DNA from: a virus | Lineage: Duplodnaviria > Caudoviricetes | Virus record (IMG/VR): IMGVR_UViG_3300037991_001323 | Coordinates: 1 to 41,652 of that record | DNA length: 41,652 nucleotides | Direction: 5' to 3' (one strand) | Part shown: in pieces, positions 34,035 to 41,652 of the stretch | How positions within the stretch are numbered: position 1 is the first letter of the stretch | Layout: each line of letters opens with the position of its first letter | Notes under the pieces: model-generated | What the model was told of the DNA's origin: nothing | Databases searched by the model: none | Seen by the model: the letters and a program-made list of their open reading frames with translations, nothing else | Position numbers and translations under genes: made by a program

Positions 34035-35198
34035 ATGAATGTAACTGAAATGCATATCGCTGTACAGCAAGGAGTGGATAAGATTAATTCACTCCAGGCT
34101 GACAGCTTGCTATCCGAAGAGATAGACCTAGAGTTAAACAAAAGCGTATTTAGATTTATAAATACTAAATATGGTAGAAACAACATCTACCGTAAAGGTT
34201 TTGAAGAATCACAAAAACGTATTGACGACTTACGAACACTTGTACGAGAGTACGAAGCAGGTGTATCTTTTAAAGAAAGGTTACAAACTAAAATATTTGT
34301 AGACACATTTAGGTTACCGGCTGACTATATGTATCTAGTAAATCAAGTATCTAGGGTGTACATTAACAAGTGTGCTCCTATAGATTATCAGCTAGTAAAT
34401 CTACCAGACATATCTTATTTTGTATTAAACTTTGACACTTTTATACTTAATAATGAGGATGGTAATTCTACTGCATTTATAAACGGTATAGAAATGCGGT
34501 TAGATGGCGCAGCAAATGTTGCTACAATATGGGCACCGTCAGATAACCTAATATCTTCAGGATGGGTACCTACATCGTACCCTTCAAACATAGAAGCTGT
34601 TAGACAAGACATACTAAACAATGCAGGACCAGGTTTTAAAATTTACTGGGAAGAGTTTGAAACTTTGTATGAGCCAGGAAGTTTTATTGTAGCCGTAGAT
34701 ACAGAGTTCCACCCTTGGTTTAACTGGGACAACTCTATAGGAGCTGTTTCTTCTGCTCATGGTTTACCATATGTTGGTAGTGATGATATACAAGAACCAA
34801 CACCACAAGCTGGGCGTATATTAGACGCTAGCTACTCTGAAAAAAGAGAACCAATAGTTTTTACAGACCTACTTACACAAGGCAATAGGTTTTCACAACA
34901 GGATGATATTTTTGCATTACTCAATGATCCATTTAATACTACAAAGCATACGTCACCATTGACAACTATGCGTGGTAGATCCCTAGATGTGTACACGAGT
35001 GATATATTTATAATAGATTCTGTAAAAATAACCTATATAAGAAAGCCGAAAGAGATTTCCTTATCTTTGGGGGTAAACTGCGAACTACCTGAACACACTC
35101 ATCAAGAGATCGTTGCGATGACGGTAAGCAGTATTTTGGAAGCCACTTCTGATCCTAGATACCAATCTTCGTTAGTAGAGGTTACAAAGAATGAATAG
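34035..35198 (+). CDS. Tail ring / head-tail adaptor (tail tubular-like) protein
   Basis: N-terminal EEIDLELNK...GFEESQKRIDDLRTLV, LPADYMYL, C-terminal ITYIRKP...CELPEHTHQEIV; central insertion. Confidence 0.75.
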   Translation: MNVTEMHIAVQQGVDKINSLQADSLLSEEIDLELNKSVFRFINTKYGRNNIYRKGFEESQKRIDDLRTLVREYEAGVSFKERLQTKIFVDTFRLPADYMYLVNQVSRVYINKCAPIDYQLVNLPDISYFVLNFDTFILNNEDGNSTAFINGIEMRLDGAANVATIWAPSDNLISSGWVPTSYPSNIEAVRQDILNNAGPGFKIYWEEFETLYEPGSFIVAVDTEFHPWFNWDNSIGAVSSAHGLPYVGSDDIQEPTPQAGRILDASYSEKREPIVFTDLLTQGNRFSQQDDIFALLNDPFNTTKHTSPLTTMRGRSLDVYTSDIFIIDSVKITYIRKPKEISLSLGVNCELPEHTHQEIVAMTVSSILEATSDPRYQSSLVEVTKNE

Positions 35199-35228
35199 TT
35201 TTATTATTAATTTATAAATCGAGACATC

Positions 35229-36170
35229 ATGTCAAGACATTTATTTGTAGGAGATGGCACTGCGTACAGCTCATCAAGTGGTTTAGTAGCTGCGGGTGCA
35301 CTCTCTATTGAAAAATTAAGCGAAAATGGACCAACAGAATTAGTTGTTGGTGACACTATCGCTGATAGCGAACAAATTCGTATTGTTCAAGGTACATCTG
35401 GAAACAACCTCGTATCTCCATGGTTCTATGGTAGAAACGTAATCTCGTTTTCAGGTAAAGAATCTGCAGACCAAAGTGCTGCTACAGTAACTATTGATAT
35501 TGCAGGAACTTCTAGCGCAAAAGGAGATTTAACTCTTAAGTTTGTACGAAAAGGCGGACCACGTCCAGAGTTTTTCCAGTTTAGCACTGAGATTGCTAAC
35601 AGTCGTTCTGCTGCTAATGCTGCTGCAGATGTTGTAGCTGCTTACAATGCTTTAACTAACTTGCCAGATTGGTTAAGTCCAGCAAGTGTTTCTGTATCTA
35701 GCACTGATCAAGTTGTATTTTCAGGTATCCTACGAGGTGCTACTGCTCAAAGCGGTGACAGCTGGGATTACGAACCATCTAACTTTGAAATGCCTATAGA
35801 CTCTGAGCTAGTACCTGCTGGTTTAACAGTTACTATTGCTGCTGAGTCTGGAGCTGATCCAGGTGTTGGTGAGGGTTCTGCAATTATTGCTTTAGAAGAA
35901 TCACTACACGGTGTAAGCCACGGATTCTACGATCGTTTGAAAATGCCTAACAAGCCTGCAGTAAACGCAGTGGCTGGCACAGATTACGATATTTATGTTA
36001 TTGCAGCTACAAAAGACGGCAGCACTATGTCTGCTATCCAAGGTGTAGATAATCTAATAGAAATTACTGTTGCTTTATCTGATGCTACAAGTGATGCAAA
36101 CAGAGTTGCTTTTGAGTCTAAACTAAATGGTTACTTAGCATCTGCGGGGTTAGCTCCTGTTAGTTTATAA
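35229..36170 (+). CDS. Structural protein (possible auxiliary capsid protein)
   Basis: 313 aa, Ala/Ser/Gly/Thr-rich beta protein in the structural module. Confidence 0.55.
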   Translation: MSRHLFVGDGTAYSSSSGLVAAGALSIEKLSENGPTELVVGDTIADSEQIRIVQGTSGNNLVSPWFYGRNVISFSGKESADQSAATVTIDIAGTSSAKGDLTLKFVRKGGPRPEFFQFSTEIANSRSAANAAADVVAAYNALTNLPDWLSPASVSVSSTDQVVFSGILRGATAQSGDSWDYEPSNFEMPIDSELVPAGLTVTIAAESGADPGVGEGSAIIALEESLHGVSHGFYDRLKMPNKPAVNAVAGTDYDIYVIAATKDGSTMSAIQGVDNLIEITVALSDATSDANRVAFESKLNGYLASAGLAPVSL

Positions 36171-36197
36171 TTATTAACTTTTAAATTTTAAGAAAAC

Positions 36198-36575
36198 ATG
36201 GCACACCCTAAATTGATGACAGCTCACGCTAGATACGACTTTGCAGTTGATGGCGGCGCTGTAAGTACGATTGTACCAAGCAATTCTGCAATTATCCCTG
36301 ATAATGCAATTATTACAGATGTTTTTCATAGTACTACCACAGCTTTAACAAGCGATGGTTCAGCCACTCTAGCTCTTACAGCTGGTGGACTTACTTTGAA
36401 TGCTGCAGTTGCTTTTGATAATGCGGACTACGCAGACGAAAGTGTAATCGCTAACGCAGTTAACGATAAGACTACATCTGCTACAGGTATTCAGTTTGTG
36501 ATTGCAACAGCAGCTTTGACTGCTGGTGTAGTTGATGTTTACGTACAATATTACGTAGGCCCACAATCTGCTTAA
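36198..36575 (+). CDS. Structural protein (decoration/cement-like)
   Basis: IPDNAIITDV...ALTAGVVDVYVQY jelly-roll-type pattern. Confidence 0.55.
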   Translation: MAHPKLMTAHARYDFAVDGGAVSTIVPSNSAIIPDNAIITDVFHSTTTALTSDGSATLALTAGGLTLNAAVAFDNADYADESVIANAVNDKTTSATGIQFVIATAALTAGVVDVYVQYYVGPQSA

Positions 36576-36590
36576 TGGCAAATTAATTTA

Positions 36591-36628
36591 AGACTACTAG
36601 GGGGCTTGTCCCCCTACTAGTCTTTTTT
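36591..36628 (+). terminator. Intrinsic terminator
   Basis: AGACTA-C-TAGGGG-GCTTGT-CCCCTA-C-TAGTCT followed by TTTTT. Confidence 0.85.
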
Positions 36629-36642
36629 ATTATATTAGACAA

Positions 36643-37152
36643 ATGACTACACTAAACGTATCAAATACTGCAGACTGTAATAAAATTATTATTACTGTTG
36701 TTCCTACAGTTAACTCAGGACTTAAAGAAGTCCAAATAGCTAACGACGATTATTCTTTTAGATATTCTTTTACTGGAGACTCTACTAATACTAGAGTTAT
36801 AACAGTTTCTGATTTTGCAGAGAACGACAGCAATGGTATTTTTGTAATTAATTACTACGAAGATGGTGATTTAAAACTTAGATCAGCTGCATTACTATCT
36901 TGTGACGTTTTATGTTGTTTGGCTGGTAAAATGAACGAGCTTTTAGCTTGTGACTGTGACTGTACAAAATGTGCAGACCAATTAGCAGAAGCTCAAAAAA
37001 TATTTTTACTACTTAAAACTGCAGAAGCAGAGCTTGCAACTGCTGACTCAGCAGGAACTGTTCAGCAAATACAAGCTGTAATAGACAATGCTCAGAAAAA
37101 ATATATAACTGCACTCGACATGTGTGGAGGACACTGCGGTTGTAACTGTTAA
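36643..37152 (+). CDS. Cys-rich structural/tail protein
   Basis: CDVLCC, CDCDCTKC and C-terminal CGGHCGCNC. Confidence 0.6.
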   Translation: MTTLNVSNTADCNKIIITVVPTVNSGLKEVQIANDDYSFRYSFTGDSTNTRVITVSDFAENDSNGIFVINYYEDGDLKLRSAALLSCDVLCCLAGKMNELLACDCDCTKCADQLAEAQKIFLLLKTAEAELATADSAGTVQQIQAVIDNAQKKYITALDMCGGHCGCNC

Positions 37153-37154
37153 TT

Positions 37155-39416
37155 ATGGCAACTAGGCAAACATTTGTATCCTACAAGTATTTTAGAGATT
37201 CTGCAGGAATTAACTATGCAGTTCTAAACTCTCACAATTCCGATAAGATTGGATCTGTAAAGGTGGGAGACGATAGCAATCTTGTTATTTTAACAGAAAG
37301 GGTAGAAATTAAATTAGACGGTACGCAAGAAATTGTAATTGAGTACAAAGGCTTTGGTAACTTAGACATACTATTTGATTCTACTCTTCAAACTCAAGTT
37401 TACATAAAAGAAGTAGAGGCTGACCAATCTTTAAAACAAGACTTTGATTCACTTGTAAGGTCTTTTGTATTTGGGATTAATGAAGATTCAGATTTAGGAT
37501 ACACTTTCTCAGATTCTTTATTCTACGCAGAAGGCAGTCAATACAGAGATCTTTTTATATTTCCTACATCTAGTAATAGACACCTTAACGTTAGCAACTC
37601 TGAAGAGTTTTACTACACTGCGGACGGTGTAGCTGCATATCTAGCTTCTTCAGAATTACAAAATGATTTTTTAAACCAAATAGAGCATACCAATGTAGGA
37701 TCTAGTTCTTTAGATATTGGAAAGCCTAGAGGTGTAGATAAAGGAACAGAGTTAAATTTTAGTTGTACTAGTAGTATTGATGAAAATATTACACCTCCAA
37801 GAGTGTTTGGGGGGTTTGTAGTAGTATCACTAGCTGTAAGAACATCTCTTGTAAACAGAGCCTGTCTAGACCCTAGAGGTACAAATTATTACCTAAAACA
37901 ATGTGTAGACCAAAAGTTACCTTGTGTACAATCAGGTGTTCCTATAAATGATTGTGATGGAGTTGCACTTACAGCCAAAAGACTTAACGAGCATCCAACT
38001 GTTGACGGAGGCTGTTGTACATTTACGACACAATGTGATGAATATAATGTAGTTCTTAAATCTACAACAAAAGCAGACTCTGCAGTTGACAATGGTGGTA
38101 CAGCAACCTTTGAAGTTTTTGGAGGTGCTGCTAACTATAAAACTGTTGTTAATGTAAATCCTTTAGTTGGATTAGACAGCACAGATGTATCTTACTCAAC
38201 AGCAACTACTACAGGTATAAGCACAGCTGAGATTACAGTTACAGGACTATTTCCAGGAGGATATACAATTACTGTAAGCGATCAAAGCGAAGGGAGTGAT
38301 GCATGTAGTCAAACATTATCTTTTGTAATCAGCTCAGAAGGAGCAACATTTGACGGTTTATATGGATGTAAGTCTACAAGTAGTGCAATTAATTACGACA
38401 CAGGTGTAACAAATCATATTGCTTCAGGCTGTGTTTTCTGTAACGAAGGCGGTAAACTGCAGGCAGATGTTGATAATAACGGACCAATACTAGGCCCTTG
38501 GGTTTTAGACACAGGTAACTCTACAATTGTAAATACGGGCTCAGATCCTGATGGAACTAGTCTTAGTATAGGCAAAATTAATTTTGCTGGTATACTTTAC
38601 CCTGATGTCTATACAGTATTAGCTAGACCTAACCTATTAGAGTTTAAAGTATTTGAAGAGTTTGTAAGCAGTCAATCTGATCCTGTAGATTACAACCTAC
38701 GACAGATGAACGAGTCAGGAAAGATAGGGATAGATTTAGTGAATTCCGCTAAACAAATGGCTTTAGATAACCTTGACGGTAAAACTCGCATAACTGACAA
38801 CTCAGTTAGTAGAGCAACAGCTAGTAGTATAGGAACTCCGCATATATTCCCAGGACTAGCTGCTGGCGTGTATGCTATTCTTGTATTCTGGGATTCTGAC
38901 GGTACTGTTAACGATAGTCCTGAAGAAGAAAAATGTTACGAAATATTTGGACCGTTTATAGTTGAACAAACAGGTTGTACAGATACTAGAGCTAACAATT
39001 TTAATAGTGATGCTACAATTGACGATGGGTCTTGTACATTTCCAGATAATTTAAGAGGGTGTACAGATCCTACTGCTATTAACTATAATGTAAAAGCAAT
39101 ATTTGACGACGGCAGTTGTCAGTTTGAAAAAGGTCGAGAAAATATTATTGGGTGTACTGACCCTTCTGCAGACAACTATAACCCTGCTGCAACAATAGAC
39201 GATGGTAGTTGTATATTCCCATCACAGGGTAGCTATAAGTGCATTAAAGGAATTTGTACATTTATAGAAAACGATTTTACAGGATCTAAAACTTTACAAG
39301 AATGTTCTAGTAAAGGATGTAGTGGAAAAGAAACAGACGAAACCAGATTAAGAGACTTTAGCGCAAATAAATTTACAATAAGTACTACTAACTCAAGTTC
39401 TAAAACACAAAGTTAA
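37155..39416 (+). CDS. Tail/fibre-associated protein with GCTD-x2-A-x-N(Y/F)...DDGSC repeats
   Basis: Three tandem repeats at 38973-39212 plus degenerate copies and SprB/Ig-like segments (TGLFPGGYTITVSD). Confidence 0.65.
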   Translation: MATRQTFVSYKYFRDSAGINYAVLNSHNSDKIGSVKVGDDSNLVILTERVEIKLDGTQEIVIEYKGFGNLDILFDSTLQTQVYIKEVEADQSLKQDFDSLVRSFVFGINEDSDLGYTFSDSLFYAEGSQYRDLFIFPTSSNRHLNVSNSEEFYYTADGVAAYLASSELQNDFLNQIEHTNVGSSSLDIGKPRGVDKGTELNFSCTSSIDENITPPRVFGGFVVVSLAVRTSLVNRACLDPRGTNYYLKQCVDQKLPCVQSGVPINDCDGVALTAKRLNEHPTVDGGCCTFTTQCDEYNVVLKSTTKADSAVDNGGTATFEVFGGAANYKTVVNVNPLVGLDSTDVSYSTATTTGISTAEITVTGLFPGGYTITVSDQSEGSDACSQTLSFVISSEGATFDGLYGCKSTSSAINYDTGVTNHIASGCVFCNEGGKLQADVDNNGPILGPWVLDTGNSTIVNTGSDPDGTSLSIGKINFAGILYPDVYTVLARPNLLEFKVFEEFVSSQSDPVDYNLRQMNESGKIGIDLVNSAKQMALDNLDGKTRITDNSVSRATASSIGTPHIFPGLAAGVYAILVFWDSDGTVNDSPEEEKCYEIFGPFIVEQTGCTDTRANNFNSDATIDDGSCTFPDNLRGCTDPTAINYNVKAIFDDGSCQFEKGRENIIGCTDPSADNYNPAATIDDGSCIFPSQGSYKCIKGICTFIENDFTGSKTLQECSSKGCSGKETDETRLRDFSANKFTISTTNSSSKTQS
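38973..39212 (+). repeat. Tandem GCTD...DDGSC peptide repeats
   Basis: GCTDTRANNFNSDATIDDGSC, GCTDPTAINYNVKAIFDDGSC and GCTDPSADNYNPAATIDDGSC. Confidence 0.85.
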
Positions 39417-39419
39417 TAT

Positions 39420-40736
39420 ATGCCACTAGTACAAGGAATAGGGTGTGATGATCAAGCTACAGGTACAATTACTATAACTTTACCTGATACTACATCTTTG
39501 TTGCCAACTATTAGCAACCCTAATGGTGTGGTAGTTATGATAGTATTGAAAAGAAACTACGATAACTTTGTAGCTGTAAATTATGATCAGATATTTAAAG
39601 CAGCTATTCCAAAGGCTATAGCAGGCAATTTTATAAAACTTGCATCTTCTACAGGAGAAAGCTTTGAGTTTAAAAATGTACCTGCAGGAAGTTATCAGAT
39701 AAGTGTTAGATACTATGATGACGCTTTTGTAGACGGAGCTTCACTAAATGTTCCTGATATTGATAGGTATGCTGCAGTTACAGTGATAGACGCTGCTGTT
39801 AATCTAACAAGTTGTGATACTAATATATATGGATGTACAGACCCTGCAGCTAAAAATACTGTAGACGACGCAGCAGTAGATGATGGGTCATGTTTATATC
39901 AAGGTGCTGTTGGAGATGTTAGAGACATTCAATGTCCTTGCCCTCCAGATGTAGATGGTGTTATAAAAGTAGATAGAGATTGCTGTCCTGAAGAACCTGT
40001 ATTTGGGTGTACAGATCCAAATGCAACAAATTATAATAGTGCAGCATCTGTAGATAGTGGTGATTGTCAGTACGAAATTAACAGCTGTTTATCAGACTGT
40101 GAAGTAGTTAATACAGTTATACCAGCCTGTATCCCTAATGAAATAGACGAGCTGTTAGCATACAATAAAGATTGTATTATACAAGCTGGTAATAGAGTTT
40201 GGACAAAGCAAATAACTGGAATATCAGACGCATGTTCTACTATGGATACTTGGAAACTTTTAATTATAGACGATTTAATGTCTAGAAAAGGCTTACCTTG
40301 CTTATTCAACTGTACTGATCAGAATACACCTGCTATACTAGATGCAAGTAATGATTGTGAGGTAGACTGGTCAAGTTCTGGGGGTATATACTGGAACCCT
40401 TCTGAGGTAGGAACTTACAATATAAATACTATTGTAAAACGTAAAAATTTAGATGGCAGTCAAAGTATATACTCAGCAACATCTAGTACAGACCTTAATA
40501 TAGACCCAATAAGTAAAAGGCTAGATAACCCTTGGAGAAAATGTTCAAGTTTGGTTATAACAGAAACAAGAGAAGAATATTTACCTAACTTTTTAGCATA
40601 CGTGCAGCAGTACTGTAAAGATTGTGGTATAGCGCCGTACTTACGAGGAAGAGCTAGAAAGGCTGTAAAAGTTAAAAATGTATTTACAGCAGGCGGTAGT
40701 ATTATTACAGTAAATGGGGCAACCTTTAAAATTTAA
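39420..40736 (+). CDS. Cys-rich tail/fibre-associated protein with GCTD repeats
   Basis: GCTDPAAKN...DDGSC and GCTDPNATNY...DSGDC. Confidence 0.65.
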   Translation: MPLVQGIGCDDQATGTITITLPDTTSLLPTISNPNGVVVMIVLKRNYDNFVAVNYDQIFKAAIPKAIAGNFIKLASSTGESFEFKNVPAGSYQISVRYYDDAFVDGASLNVPDIDRYAAVTVIDAAVNLTSCDTNIYGCTDPAAKNTVDDAAVDDGSCLYQGAVGDVRDIQCPCPPDVDGVIKVDRDCCPEEPVFGCTDPNATNYNSAASVDSGDCQYEINSCLSDCEVVNTVIPACIPNEIDELLAYNKDCIIQAGNRVWTKQITGISDACSTMDTWKLLIIDDLMSRKGLPCLFNCTDQNTPAILDASNDCEVDWSSSGGIYWNPSEVGTYNINTIVKRKNLDGSQSIYSATSSTDLNIDPISKRLDNPWRKCSSLVITETREEYLPNFLAYVQQYCKDCGIAPYLRGRARKAVKVKNVFTAGGSIITVNGATFKI

Positions 40737-40741
40737 AAAAA

Positions 40742-41652
40742 ATGGCAGAAATAACATCTCTGAGTACATTGTCTAAAAGTGCAGTAGCAGCCACAGATTT
40801 TTTGCTGGTTGCAAACTCTAGCTCAAAAACAGCTAAGAAATTTCAGATGCAAACTTTGTTTCCATCAGTATCTACTGCAGGGACAAGCTCAGAAACTATC
40901 TATACTAGCGCAACGCTAACTAATCAAAATCAAATTGTATTTAAAGGCATTAAGTCTGCAGATGCAAAGATGACAGTAACCACAGCAAGTAACAATATTG
41001 TACTTACACTTGTAGAGGCACAGATTGATCTAAGCAACTGTAACAACTCTTCATCTGGGTTTTTGACATCTATAAACAACTCTAACTGGAGTGGTGCAGA
41101 TCTAGCAGTAACTAATGGTGGTACTGGTTTATCTGCTGTTGCTAAGGGTGCAATATTATATGCAAGTGACACAAACGTTCTTGCAGCTAGCACAGCGATG
41201 TCTACAAATGGACAACTACTTATTGGTAATGCAACAAACGGTTATCCATCTGTAGCAACACTTACTGCAGGTAGTAACATAACTATTACTAACGGTGCAG
41301 GATCTATTAGTATTGCAGCAAGCTTGGCAAGTCTAGCAGCTAACCTAGATACAGGAAGTTATAACATTGATCTAAACACTAACTATATTAGTGACGACGG
41401 ATCTGATAGAGGTATATATGTACACACTAATGGTAAGACTATCCTAAACGATTCAGGATCTTCTCTTACTACAGGTGATGCTACAGGACAGTTAAATATA
41501 CAGGGTACAACTACTACTGCAATTAAGATAGGTAACTCTGGTGCATATCAAGCTAACTATGACATTGTAGGAACTAACTCTGCATCTGGTACAAATGCAG
41601 CAAATTTGAGAATATTTGCAGCAACCTCTGGTGGAGGAGATAAAACTGGTGG
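40742..41652 (+). CDS. Tail fibre protein, 3'-truncated by the window; not in ORF track
   Basis: Open from ATG 40742 (MAEITSLSTLSKSAVAATDFLLVANSS) to the window end; fibre motifs LAVTNGGTG, NGQLLIG and LTAGSNITITNGAGSISI. Confidence 0.8.
   Translation, partial: MAEITSLSTLSKSAVAATDFLLVANSSSKTAKKFQMQTLFPSVSTAGTSSETIYTSATLTNQNQIVFKGIKSADAKMTVTTASNNIVLTLVEAQIDLSNCNNSSSGFLTSINNSNWSGADLAVTNGGTGLSAVAKGAILYASDTNVLAASTAMSTNGQLLIGNATNGYPSVATLTAGSNITITNGAGSISIAASLASLAANLDTGSYNIDLNTNYISDDGSDRGIYVHTNGKTILNDSGSSLTTGDATGQLNIQGTTTTAIKIGNSGAYQANYDIVGTNSASGTNAANLRIFAATSGGGDKTG

Noticed and set aside
1-41652. Stop-codon reassignment (TAG or TGA) as in some gut crAss-like phages
   Set aside because: Genes are full-length in code 11, and TAG, TGA and TAA all end genes at sensible, often coupled, positions. 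No suppressor tRNA was seen.

Overview
This window is part of a lytic dsDNA phage genome of the crAss-like (Crassvirales-type) lineage, probably marine. Its host is most likely a Bacteroidota bacterium, judged from TAnnTTTG promoters and A-rich leaders without Shine-Dalgarno sites. There are three blocks. (1) 1-980 (+): end of a tail-fibre/lectin-domain gene plus a small ORF. (2) ~1009-20974 (-): early and replication genes, including family A DNA polymerase, a DnaA-domain-IV protein, SF2 and DnaB helicases, a spore-photoproduct-lyase-like radical SAM enzyme, Sak4, SSB, primase, endonuclease, rIIA/rIIB, 5'-3' exonuclease and uracil-DNA glycosylase. (3) 21128-41652 (+): late genes, including GroES, HU/IHF, terminase, portal, scaffold, major capsid, ring/tail proteins, GCTD-repeat proteins and a tail fibre. 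The most unusual elements lie around the strand switch: a ~600-nt array of structured RNA modules on the - strand (19718-20316), a ~270-nt highly structured RNA with its own promoter on the + strand (21282-21550), and a 41-aa peptide resembling the free redox tail of ribonucleotide reductase (21128-21253). A modular protein after the portal has KYQxG(G/S)F repeat junctions and an ADP-ribosyltransferase-like end domain. All calls come from motif recognition and manual base-pairing; no searches or folding programs were run.
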